The notes under the pieces were generated by a model. That model did not search any database and was not told the origin of the DNA. It worked only from the letters and a program-made list of their open reading frames with translations. Shown here in pieces: positions 49,130 to 60,685 of a stretch of 64,000 nt of DNA. Made by a program: the position numbers and the translations under genes. The stretch comes from Isurus oxyrinchus. Taxonomy: Eukaryota. Positions within the stretch are counted from its first letter, which is position 1; the number at the start of each line of letters is the position of its first letter. Location of the stretch: positions 13,330,001-13,394,000 of the forward strand of contig JANJGN010000035.1 of assembly GCA_026770705.1 (NCBI GenBank). Reading direction: 5' to 3'.

Positions 49130-50040
49130 GGCTAGTGGATCGTGCAGAGGATAGTCATGATCTCCAAAACTTTATGGATGGGTTGGTGGAGTGGGCAGTA
49201 AAGTGACAGATGGATTTTAAAATAGAGAAGTGTGAGGTCATACATTTAGGGAGGTCAAAACGTTACAAGGATTAGAAAATAATTGGGAATATGCTGACAG
49301 CGGTAGATGAAGTCAGAGATCCTGCCGTACAAGTACACAGGTCCCTGAAGGCAGCAACTCAAGTAGACAAGGTTGTAAAGAAGGCATATGGAATGGTCTC
49401 CTTCATGGGCAGAGGTATAGAAGATAAAAGTAATGACATAATGTTGGAATTGTATAAAACACTGGTGAGGACACAACTGGAGTACTGTGTGCAGTTCTGG
49501 TCACAATACAGGAAGGATGTAATAGCTCTGGAGAGAGTGCAGAGGAGGGTTACAAGAATGTTGACAGATTTAGAAAGGATGGCTATGAGGAAGGATTGGA
49601 TAGGTTGGGGTGATTTTCCTCAGAACAAAGAAGGCTGAGAGATGAATTTATTGAGGTGTACCAAATTATCAGGGGAATAGATAGAGCGGACAGGATGAAA
49701 TTGTTTTCCTTGGTGGAGAATTCTGGAACCAGGGGACATAGATTCAGGATAATTGGCAGAAGGTGTAGAGGGGATATGAGGAAGAGCTTTTTTATGCAGA
49801 GGGTAGTGGGTGTCTGGAATTCGCTGCCCAAATTCGTGGTAGAGGCAGAAACTTTAAACTCTTTTAAAAAGTACCTGGATCTGCACATAAAGTGCTGTAA
49901 GCTGCAGGGCTATGGGGTGGGTGCAGGAAGGTTGGATTAGAAAGGGAACCTGGGTATCCTCCAGCTAGCATGGACAAGATGGTCTGAATGGCCTCTTTTT
50001 GTGCTGTAACTTTCTATGGTTCTATGTTTCTATGTTTCTC
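49130..50040 (+). mobile_element. 5'-truncated CR1 3' portion, well preserved
   Basis: ORFs 49291-49638 (LYKTLVRTQLEYCVQFWS) and 49656-49940 (TRGHRF, FFMQRVVGVWNSLP); (ttctatg)n tail. Confidence 0.92.
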
Positions 50041-51439
50041 CTAAGCACGGCCTCATATTTAGTTTATTTTCATCATTTTCTAGATGTTTTTCCTGTGACT
50101 AGATTTTGTCGCTTACAAAATTCCTTTGCAAACCAATTAAATTATTCCCACTGTTTCCCAGCAGATATTTTGTTGTGAGAATACAAATTAACCCGCACTC
50201 GTTGCACAATCTTCGAACTAAAAGAGCTTTATCTCTTGTTAATTCCGCTATCTCCATTTGGTTCTCCAGCGCTATGATGGGAGACATCGTACTAGATTAC
50301 ACAATAACGCAATAAATAGATGTAAGAGATTGCGTCAGCGCTAGTCCGGCATTCATTTGTGAACTTCTGAGCCGTAAAGGCGTTTCTTCCCAAGAATCTA
50401 CCAATGTTAGCGTCAAATGTGCTGAACTACTGTTTAGTAATACCCGCATATCTTTGACCATTCCACAGATTTAAAGCTCGGCATAGTGTTCACTTCGTCT
50501 CAGAACAAAAATGTCCAATCCTTCCCTTGAAACTCTGACCCTTGCTCAAATCCTATATTCTCGCCACCCAACTCAAGACATTCTTCGAGTTTTCTTGATT
50601 TCGTTCATTTCCAATTCACCGTTTCCACGTCGAGTTCAGAGCGTTCTTTCTTGAGCGGTGGCAGCATCACCTGCCAACAATACATCAACTGCGGTTACGT
50701 GGCAAAATTTGGAAATTAATGTAGAAGGAAAGACAGTGAGAATGTTCACAGGTTGCAATCCTTCTGTCTCAGTCCTTTGTCACCTTTCGGCCTTTGGACA
50801 TTGGATGTTCTGGAGGCGATACCGACAGGATGTAAAATGCACATATCAGTAACGACTTAATTTTGGACAATGGGCTGTGTATATTGAAACATTAAGGGAC
50901 ATGAGTTTTACAGGGAGATTTTCCCCAGTATCAATTCATGAACAACGTATCATAGTGGGAAATAGAGAATCAATAACGTTGAAATAGGAACATTGCCCAG
51001 AAATTGTCTCGAAGCGCGGGTTCGCAGATCTTCGAGCAACTGAGCTATTCGGACTCGCAATTGAACAGGCAGTAATCAAATCTGTATCTCCCAATTAATG
51101 GTGAAGAGACATCGCTGGCCTCAAATACAGGTTGCACCAAAGATTTCGGGAAAACTCGACCAGTGGACCACTCACATTATAAAGAAGGCTTTGAATCTGA
51201 CAATATCTATAGCGGTTCACGGGCATCTTTAAAAAATGGCCTAATAACGGACGCTATCTGCCATTGATTTGAACAATTCTAATGGACAGGAAAGCAGGAA
51301 ACCATGCAGAAAGAGGATAATTCAATCAATTAAAAAAAAACAAAACAAATAAATATGAATAATCATTTGGTAGAACGTAGCACATCATAAATAACCGGTA
51401 TAAAATATTTGCTATACATTAAATTCGCGTTTTTAAAAT

Positions 51440-51750
51440 TCTTTCAAAACCTTCGGCCGTCTCCGGCTCTGTCCGGATTCATTGTTCATCCCCAATTGTC
51501 ATTGTGAAGGCGGTGATGAGCCCGCTTTCTTGAACGGATGCAGCTCATGTGTGTGGGAACACTCAGAAAACTGTCAGGAAGGGACTTCCAGAATTTGGAG
51601 CCAGACACAGAGACAGAAAGTCGCTGCAGTTCCAAGTCAGGATGGTATGTGAAATGATGGGCCACTTCCAGGTGGAAGTGTTTCCATGCTTCTGCTTCGC
51701 TTGTTCTCCTAGGTAATGCTGCCGACGGAGCCTTGTCGAGCTGCTGCATC
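51440..51750 (-). mobile_element. Second-family LINE 3' end (paralog of 19795-20140)
   Basis: ttgttcatccccaattgtcattgtgaaggcggtgatgagcccgctttcttgaac...ttccaagtcaggatgg. Confidence 0.7.
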
Positions 51751-52872
51751 TCCAGCTGCCAGTCTTATATTCGTACAGATAATAGCCTGAAGAACAGCGA
51801 GGGTTACACTGACCTAGGAATGACAGGTATGCAGCTTTAAAGTTCGATTCAGTTTTCAGCGATTCTCACGGAACGCTGACATATATGGATGTCAGTCTTG
51901 AATATAATCAGCGCGAATCTGCAATCCTTGCACTCCAGGTCAATACAATCCTGGCGTTGCTCTAATGAGTGTTTTAACAGTAGCTGAAACAGGGGCAGGA
52001 GTCGAATCTACTGGTCTTCAGAACTGTTCCAACGTTCAATATGGTCATGCCACATTTTGTCTCTAAATGTTGGCTTCCTGAACTGTCCTCATGTCCCTTT
52101 GTTCTTACAGGATCCTGAGGAATATCGAAATCTGTCCTGAATAGAATGAGCGCAGTTCCTCGGTGTCTAGGATTAAAAACCTGCAAAAGCCCTTGAATTA
52201 AGAGGTTTTGGAAGGTAGGCGGATGAAAGGACAGTCGGGTAGGACTGTGGCCCTGGCTGTCAGGCCCTCAGAACAAGGCGTCGTCCATTACCAGCGAGAC
52301 AAGGAAACGTTTTCTTTCAAAATCTTGCGAGCCTTCCGAATTTGAGGCAGGGGATAAATGCCCATGCGCGCTGATTATAATCGAATCTGAGGTCGATATT
52401 TCAGAGCAATAGGATATGGAGATAATACCAGAAGGTGACATTGAGATAGGAGGTGAACCATGACCATATTAAATGATGGAGCAGTCCTGATGGGAAACAC
52501 TTGCTGCTCCTGCTCCTGTTTCTGACATTAATCGGTAATACACTTTGCAAAGTGAGGGCTCCGATTATCTGTACTTTGTTAAAATTATGAATGGACAGAT
52601 GGAGATGTCTTCCGTGTTAACGTTATGAAATGGGGAGAAATTTATTCGGCCTGTCTTTTAGAAGAGAGAGTTCTAGCTTATCAAAGCTCCTGTCAGGGCG
52701 CAGTGTTCACAAAAAAAAAATCCCGTTGTAAATTTGCAGGAAATTGGCGGAAATAATCTATGGCAGCAAAACTATCATATTGTTCGGCCGATATTTTAAA
52801 GGATACCCCATTTGTGCACTTTGGAGCTAGTTTCCTTTGCTAAGAGTTCCTTCTTTAAATGAGATGAACTAC

Positions 52873-52945
52873 CTTCCGAACAGGGACTTGACGCCAGGGA
52901 CCTCAGCATTAAAGTCTGATGCTTCACCGACTGAGCTACCCGGGT
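52873..52945 (-). pseudogene. tRNA-Lys pseudogene, inverted orientation
   Basis: Minus strand: ACCCGGGTAGCTCAGTCGGTGAAGCATCAGACTTTAATGCTGAGGTCCCTGGCGTCAAGTCCCTGTTCGGAAG; A box retained, B box and T stem broken. Confidence 0.85.
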
Positions 52946-53364
52946 TTCATGCTAAAGCTACTGAATACACTGAATTCTGAGCACAGGAGAATTGCGGATC
53001 CTCGCTGATTATGTTCAAGTTCGTGAAGGCATTTCCCGGGGCCGTGTCAGATCAGAGGGATATGAAGACTGTTCAAGAAGGTGCAATTGAGACAGACCAT
53101 GATTGATGAAGATATTCAATGTAGGAGCAGGCCTGCAGGCCAAGAGATGATACTCCTACTCCCATTTCTGATATACTTAGATACACTCATCAGAAAACAG
53201 GGGGGATGATCTTGAGCTGGGGTGGAATGAGTGCCGATTCAGCTGCAGTTTTACGCTTTGTAGCAGTGTTCCTTCTGTTGTATCCAGTATGTTAAAATGA
53301 AAAGTATACCATTGGAGATATCCAAAGTGATATAATGGTCAAACATGGAAAAACAATTCCAGCT

Positions 53365-53805
53365 TGTTAGAATATGGGATCGCTCATTTCAGAACAGAGA
53401 TGAGGAGATTTTTTTTTCTCTCTGAGGTTATGCAACATTGGAACTCTTTGCCTCAGAAGGCGCTGGAGGCGGGGGTCACTGAATATGCTTTTGGTGGAGG
53501 GAGTGTTATTCTTGTATAAAACAAAAACACTGCGCACATTGGAAATCTCAAACAAAAAATGAAAGTGTTTGAAAAACACAGCAAGCCTGAGAGTATCTGT
53601 GGAGAGAAAATAAAAACTTAAAAGTTTCGAGTCCGTATGCCTCTTCTTCAGAGTAGATCGATCCTTGTTAGGAAGGGACTCAAAGTTCATGTGGGATTTG
53701 GGGTTGTGGAATTCAAAACACAAAAGATCAGAGCCATGATCATATTAAATGGGGAAGCAGCCTCGAGGGGCCGAATACCCTACTTCTGCTCCATTTCTTA
53801 CGTCC
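53365..53805 (+). mobile_element. CR1 3' end interrupted by a Penelope-like terminus
   Basis: agaacagagatgaggagatttttt...tggaactctttgcctcag, then after the insert gagtagatcgatccttg...ggggccgaataccctacttctgctcc. Confidence 0.8.
53521..53653 (-). mobile_element. Penelope-like terminus with a canonical hammerhead core
   Basis: Minus strand: CTGAAGA (53651-53645) A GAG gcatacgga CTC GAAAC (53628-53624); the cleavage-site region is mutated. Confidence 0.7.
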
Positions 53806-54059
53806 TGAAGAATGGGAAGATCGAACACAATCAAGCGCCAAATCTGGATGCAATTTTACCTGACAGAAAGGCTCAGTGGAAATAATTAACAAGGTTCTCA
53901 AAAAAAGGATCAAATCCATGAACACTAGGCGAATATGTACGTTTGTGAGTACATTCTGAAGCAGTTGTCAATCTATTCCATTCATGCGGGAAGAACCTAG
54001 GCGTCAACAGCTTACACTGCTGCAGTTCACACGAGTTGAATACATAGAGCTGTACGAAT

Positions 54060-54127
54060 CACCCGAAAAAGGATTTGAACCCAGAAATGCAAACTGAATT
54101 ATCTCGCAAACGAGCCAGCTTCGGACT
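54060..54127 (-). pseudogene. Highly decayed tRNA-Lys remnant, inverted
   Basis: The minus strand ends TGGGTTCAAATCCTTTTTCGGGTG (cf. AGGGTTCAAGTCCCTGTTCGGGCG). 54130-54360 is the reverse complement of the cassette upstream flank (gggccc, gtcacatca, agaagattt, ggagaaggg, gcggattt, in the right order). Confidence 0.6.
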
Positions 54128-54909
54128 GGGACACTGAGCTTCAATGTCCGGCAAACAATAACACATCTTCCTCATATATTTAATTTTGTTCCAAGAAATC
54201 CGCCCTACACAAGCCATTTCCACCACACGCAATCTCAGTCCCTTCTCCACAGAAATCTTCTTCCTGTCCCCACAATATTCCACACTGCCAGCTGATGTGA
54301 CGGCGGTACTTTCCCAAGAATGGGCCCCAATTCTTCTGAAGGTCACGTTAATTGAGAAACCAAGAATTTGAAGAAATGGCAGATATTGACGGATGATGTA
54401 TTTAAGATTGGTAAAAAAAGATTTAATGTGTTGTTGATCTGGCAATGTGTGATGCTATTCACTTTGAAAGTAGCTTGGTGTCACTTGAGCAAATTATATC
54501 ATTTGGGGGCGATAATTAGGTTTTAGCAGAGCGAGAGATTCCGTCAAACATTGCATATGTTGCGAACTTTCCCTACGTTCCCTGAACTAGTATCCGTTGC
54601 TTTATCCGTGCTTGTGGGATTTCCACCTCAGGTCACACCGTGACAAGGTAGTTCAGTATCGCCCCTTGTAACTGAATATAAGAAATGAACTAGCGGTGTT
54701 CAGGCCCAATTGCATGAAGGAAAGTTAGACCCTCATGTCTTCGGGCCTCATTCGTAAATATTCATAAACACAGAAAGGATAACCGTCAGGGGAAATACCC
54801 TTACTGAGGAGGTTCAAAAGCCATCACCCTAGCATCAGTTTAAAGATAGAAGATGAGCCACGAATTTGCTGAATTTTGGATTAGGAATGCAAAACAATAG
54901 GTTCTACGG

Positions 54910-55270
54910 CTTTTTCATTCATTTATGGGATGTGGACTTCGCTGGCTGGGCCTGAATTTGTTGCAATTTGTCAATGAACACTTGAGGCGGTGGTGGTGAG
55001 CTGTTACTTGAACTGATGCCGCCCCTGTGGTGTAGGTGAATGCACAGTGATGTTAGGAGAGGAGCTCCGGGGTTTTGATCCAGTGACAGTTAAAGGACAG
55101 CCCACATATTTCAGATTCAGGATGCTGAGTGAATTGAAGGGAAACTTCCAGGAAGTGGTGTTCTCATCAACCTGCTGCCCTTTTCCTTGCAGATAGTAGT
55201 GCCCATAGATTTGGAAGGTGCTGTGGAATAAGTTTGATGATTCCTACCAGTGCATATTCTACATTATTCC
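54910..55270 (-). mobile_element. Second-family LINE 3' end, antisense
   Basis: ttcattcatttatgggatgtggacttcgctggctgggcc tail; ggtggtggtgagctg...tgttaggagaggag. Another piece lies at about 60710-60940. Confidence 0.8.
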
Positions 55271-55479
55271 TAGCACTAGAATGACCATTAACATAAGGCC
55301 CTCTCTCACTCTCTCTCTACAGTTGACATCCGGCGTGATCATCTCCTGCATTTTCCCATCAATTTCGATATTGTCTCGAGTTGAGAAGAGTGACAGGTAA
55401 TCTAATTGAAGCACATAACATTTCAAGAGGCTTGACAGGTTAGATTTTTGAAGGGTCCTCCCTAAGCCTGGTGATTCTA

Positions 55480-56340
55480 ACGTTACCCGTCAGCGTGATA
55501 GGAAGAGAAGAATAGGAGGATAGGTGGCTGTATTGACTAAGGCAATCATTGCACTCATGGAGATAAAGGATCTTCCAGAGGTTTCAAGAATAGAATCCAT
55601 TTAGTCAGAAAGGAACACAAACGTACAGTGACAAGTTCCACCATAGACTATAGGTCACCAACAAGTGGGAAGGATGTAGAGAACAATTTTTTGGGGAAAC
55701 GATCATGGTGATGAAGAATTATATAACAGTTATGATAGGTGATGTAATTATCCTAATATAGATTGAGATGGTGGTGGTGTGAAAGGCAGAGAGAAACAAA
55801 GATTTCTTGTTTTTATTCGGGATAGAATTCTATTGTTTATAGTCCAATGGCAAATTATGAATTTTCAGCTTAGTTCTTGGTAATGAGATGGATCAAGTGG
55901 ATCAAGAATCAATAAGTGATCATTCAGAGGGCAAGTATCTTCGGCTCTTAACAATTCGATTGGCTATGGAAAGAGACAAAGGGCAATCCAATGTAACATC
56001 ACTGGGCGAAAGCCAACTGCTATGGTGTAAGGATGGATATGGCTCAGATACATCCGGATCAATAAATACCTGTCCAAATGGTAACTAACCAATCGTCTTC
56101 AATTGAAAATGAGATATTCCAAATACAATAAATGTACATTACGATGAAGTGGAAAGACAGTCGTAATTAACACAAACATTCCTGCATGCGAAAAAGGGAG
56201 AGATTTAGTGAAGTGCAGAAAGTGTAATTATGTTGGCAGTCAGTTGGATACTGTGACCAGGAAACGGGATGAATTCAGAAGTTTCAAAGGGGAACTGAAA
56301 AAACAAATAGGAGATGCAAACAGGGAATACCAGGAGAGAC
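55480..56340 (+). mobile_element. Old CR1 endonuclease/linker remnant
   Basis: ggaggatagg tggctgtattg (GG.VA.L), tataggtcacca (YR.P), ttagttcttggtaatgag (LVLGNE). Confidence 0.65.
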
Positions 56341-56399
56341 TTCCGGACCACACCCCTCCTCCTCAAGTGCACCAGTGGGAGGTGCTGCAGGCTCCACCA

Positions 56400-56960
56400 T
56401 AACATAAGAACATACAGACAATGAGCAGTAATCGGCCCTACTGCCCGTATAGCTTGCTCCAGTATTCAATAAGGTCATGGCTGGCCTGATAGGAACCTCC
56501 AATCTGCATTCTGGCCCACCCCCAATAACCTTTCACTCGCCTGCTTGCCCAGAACATATCCAACTCTGCCTTTAAAACATTCAAAAGCTTTGCTGCCACC
56601 GCCATTCCATGAAGAGAGTTCCAAAGACTCACAACCTTCTGCGAGAAAAAAAAATCGCCTCATCTCCGTTTTAAATGAGTGCCCATTCATTTTAAAACGG
56701 TGACCTTTATTTCTAGATTCTCACGGATGAGGACAAATCCGCTGCATATCCACACTGTAAAGACCGTTCAAGAGCTCATAGGTTTTAATGAAGTCTCCTC
56801 TTATCCTTCTAAATTCCAGAGGCTGCAAGCCTAACCTGTCCAACCTTTCCTCCTGAGGCAACCCGCCCATTCCAAGTGTTAGTCTGGTAAACCCTCACCG
56901 AACTTCTCCAAACGCCCTTAGATCCTTCCTTAATTATGGAGACTAATGCCGTACACTGGC
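56400..56960 (-). mobile_element. CR1 3' end, antisense
   Basis: taacataagaacata tail; ORFs with FKTEMRRFFF and LWNSLHGMAVAAKLLNVLKAELD. Confidence 0.88.
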
Positions 56961-58259
56961 CCCTGGCCCTCTTCCCTGTCAAATTTATTGTGCTTCTTCC
57001 CCCTTCCCCCCAAACACCTTCCAAAGAGGATAACTACGTGAGTGGAGCAGGGTGGGTGAAAAGTTAACCAGTATTGTTGCCCCTGCAATAGGTGTGAGAA
57101 GGGGGCAGGTGTTGGAAAGGGTCTGCTCCTCCTTCCCCCCACAACCGCTTCCTTCTCTTCCACCACCACAAACCCCGTCCGCTCGCCGTCAGCGCGGCAC
57201 TTATTTTACTCCACACTTTCTCTACGCTGTGGAAAGTCTGAATCGGGGGGGGGGAGGGGGGGCGCACTGGGTCGCGGAACTCTGAGGTAACACCCTCTCT
57301 TCCCACTTCTGCCACCGCCATTCGCCCGACGACTCAGGCAGTACCCAGGTTCTGAATCACGGAGCCCCGCTCCCCTGCCCACATAGCCCCGTCCACCGTT
57401 ACGAAAATTCCGGCACCACCCTGAAAGAGATGGGGGGTTTTAATTAACTCTGACTCACGCGTTCGACAACCAGCAACTCAAATTGTTTGAGCTGGCAGTC
57501 TATCTCCGAAATATCTAATACTTCCAAATATTTCCTCGAACTTTATCAGCTCGTCTTTGGCAATAGGTTCGCAATTTAAACAGCAGCTCGCCATGGCAGC
57601 GCTCTTTCACATGGCTGAAAATGGAACAGTCCATCTTTGTGGATTCCATCATTAAAAAAAAGTGTGTAATTACCAAAATGTTGTTGCAATCTTTTTGCTT
57701 TTAACCTACAATCTGCTGACATCTTTTTAAACCTGCTTTGCGTCAAGTTTAATTTGGATACTTAACGATGCTCTACATCTGGATCACTTTAACCACATCG
57801 TTGTGCATTTTAAATTTCAGACTCAGTAACCCCCTCCTCGATTAATGGTGGGCTAGTTCACAGAATATTAATCAATGAGATCTGTTATCATGAAACCTAG
57901 ATCAATTTATAAGCATTTGCTACAAAATCTATTTGAATTTGAAATTGATTACAATGATGGTATGTTATATTTTCACAGTGGAACCGACCAGCGGGCGACG
58001 AATTGAACTGCTCCACCAGAAGGGGAGGGGAGTATGCCATGCTTTGACCTCTTTAGTTCAGATTATCCATAGATTACTAAATAACTTACTAAATTACTAA
58101 ATAACCTCAGCTGTAATCATGAAATCTTAGTCATTTTTTTTTAGCATTTACGAATACATCAAGTTTACGTAGAAAGCGGATGCAGTAATGATTTTTAATT
58201 TTTCTGGACCCCCCTCTCGCCAGCAGAGAATGACTCTGTTGCATCGACAGAGGTGTTTC

Positions 58260-58360
58260 AGGTGACGGTGGTGATGTCACTGAGCAGGGAATCCCGAGAC
58301 CCAGGACAATGGTCTGGGGACATGGTAGAATTTGCTGGCAGGCAGCGGAATTTAAATATA
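58260..58360 (+). mobile_element. 5' head fragment of the tRNA-derived SINE
   Basis: gtggtgatgtcactgagc...atcccgagacccaggacaatggtctggggacatgg. Confidence 0.5.
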
Positions 58361-58555
58361 CTTGCCAATGCTGTCTTGTGCAAGAGTACACGTCTTGAGC
58401 TGGTCCTGTGGCACATCGCAAAACATCCCGATACTAAAAAGATTCAGATGTCCATACCCAAAAATAAACCCTTCTATCGGGAACGAAGACAAGCAATTCT
58501 AAATATTAACAGAGGTTGATGCTGGTATGACAGGCAAGGGCAGAATTTGATGCCA

Positions 58556-59580
58556 ATCTCCTTTAAAACTCCTCTAGCACCTGCACACCTCCCTGCCTCT
58601 CTAAAATCCTCCACGTACTACAGCCCACACTGCGTCTGTCACGTCATTTAACCCCTACAAACTAATATAAATGCTCCCAGGCCCTACCTTTCTTACTCTT
58701 CAAGCCCATACAAACGTGGAATTCCTCAAAACTCTACCAAACAATGAGACGCTTCCTATCTCTGTAAACTCACTAGGCTCAAGAACCCTCACTATGTCTT
58801 TAACTTGCTCTAGCATCTGCAACCCTCCCTATCGCTTTACAATCCGTCAACCCCTCCCTATCTCTGGAAACCTATTTGGACCTTAAAAGCTGACCAACAA
58901 CCGTATAGTAATTCCGACTCTTCAATCCTTCCTAACTCCATAATATCCTGCATCCAATAATACCCTCGCTTTCTCTGTAAACTACTCCAGCACTTAAAAT
59001 CCTCCCTGTCTTTGAATTGTCTCTAACTTCTACAACTCTCCCAATGTCTGTATCTTCTCCTAGCCCTACAACCATCCCTGTCTATGTAATCTCCTCCAAT
59101 CACAAAAATGCTCACTTATCTCTGTAACCTCTTCGAGCCCCATAACCATGAATTTCCTCTATATATCACTTCAGTCCCAACAACCCTCCCTATCTAAGTT
59201 AGCTGCTCCAGATCCTGCAACCCTTCCAATCCATGTAACCATCTCCAGGACCTGCAAACTCCCGATCTGCATAAGCTCTTCCATCTCCGAGAATTCTGCT
59301 TATCCCTGTAACTTCGTCCAATCTCTACAACTCTCCCTACCTCTGCAATATCCTCTAGCCCCCACATTCCTTCTTATCTCTGTAATCTCCTTCTGCCTCT
59401 ACATATCTCCTTTTTTTCTGTAACCTCCTCCAGCCTCTGCTACCCTCCCCATCTCTGTAACCTCCTCCAGCATCTGCAACCCTCGCTATCCCTGTAACCT
59501 GCTCCAGCCCCTACAACCCTCGCTATCCCTGTAACCTGCACCAGCCCCCAGAACCCTTCCTAACTCAGTATCCTACTTCA
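58556..59580. repeat. 37-bp minisatellite (ctgtaacctcctccagcccctacaaccctccctatct), about 1 kb
   Basis: Exact 37-bp period at 59418-59565; units are progressively more decayed toward the left. Confidence 0.9.
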
Positions 59581-59865
59581 ACTCCGTCATTCATTACAAT
59601 TTTGCTTTGACTGGCAACTTTCTGTATGCAACTTGGCTGCAGTGTTTTCTTATTACAAGAATATCTACACTTTTAAAAAAAATCATTCAATATTGGTATT
59701 TTATTTTTGACATATTATATTTCGTGAAATTCAAGTTAGCCTTATTTATCTAATGCACAACTGCTGCCTCAATACATACATTCTCACAAAGCACCAAATT
59801 ACAGGTCGGATCTTTTTTCCCCCAATTATTTAAACTGGACGATATACGGTAGTAAATGAAGCAGA

Positions 59866-60685
59866 ATGGTTTAGGGCTTATGTTACTGGACTAATATTCC
59901 AGAGCAGAATGTTTTAGGGGTTATGTTAATGGACTAACAATCCAGGCTACAGCAATTTAGGATTATGTTGCTGGACTAACATCCATGGTACAGGAGTGTA
60001 GGCGTTATATTACATTTCAAATATTCCAGGGAACTGTAGTTAAAAAGGGTTATTTTACTGTGCTAATAATCCAGGGAACAGTAATTTAGGAGTCTAAAAA
60101 TCCAGGGTACTGGAGTGTAGACCTTATACTACTGGAAGAATAATCCAGGGTACAGCAGTGTAGGTGTTGTGTTAGTACACCAATAATCCATTGTAAAGTT
60201 GTTTATGTGTTATATTACTGGACTAATAATTCAGGCTAAAATAGTATATCGGTTATCTTATTGAACTAATCAGAATGGGTACAGCATTTTAGAGGTTATA
60301 TCACTGGACTCATAATCCAGGGCAAAGTAGTGTCGGGATAATATTACTGGAATAATAATTCAGAGTACAGTATTTTTCTGGTTGTGTTAATTGACTTATT
60401 ATCCAGGGTACAGGAGCTTAGGGGTTATATTACTAGACAAAAAATACATTGTGCAGTAGTGTAACCGTTATGTTACTGGACTAACAATACAGGGTATACC
60501 AGTGTATGGATCATTTTTAAAGGACTAATAATCCAGAGTATAGTAGTGTGGTGGTTATTTTACACCATTTTTAATCCAGAGTACAGTTGTGCTAGCGTTA
60601 TATTGCAGGACTAATAATCAACTTTACAACAGTGTGCTGATAGTGTTATTGAATTAATAATCAAGGCTACAATGGCATAGATGTT
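59866..60685. repeat. 43-bp minisatellite (ggttatattactggactaataatccagggtacagcagtgtagg), about 19 units
   Basis: tcca anchor at 60101, 60144 and 60187 (period 43). Confidence 0.9.

Noticed and set aside
52873-52892. Retroviral tRNA-Lys3 primer-binding site (ccgaacagggac)
   Set aside because: The complementarity extends over the whole tRNA, lacks the TGG that pairs with CCA, and there is no LTR; it is an antisense tDNA.
52873-52945. Ochre-suppressor tRNA (loop CTTTAAT reads TTA by position)
   Set aside because: The B box and T stem are destroyed and the acceptor end is mismatched; the loop is better explained as a damaged Lys TTT loop.
57100-57450. CpG-rich patch as a promoter or CpG island
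   Set aside because: It is short, has no adjacent exon that I can identify, and could be a GC-rich repeat fragment; the sequence alone does not support it.
58556-60685. CRISPR-like arrays
   Set aside because: Units are contiguous degenerate tandem repeats without unique spacers, there are no cas genes, and the context is vertebrate.
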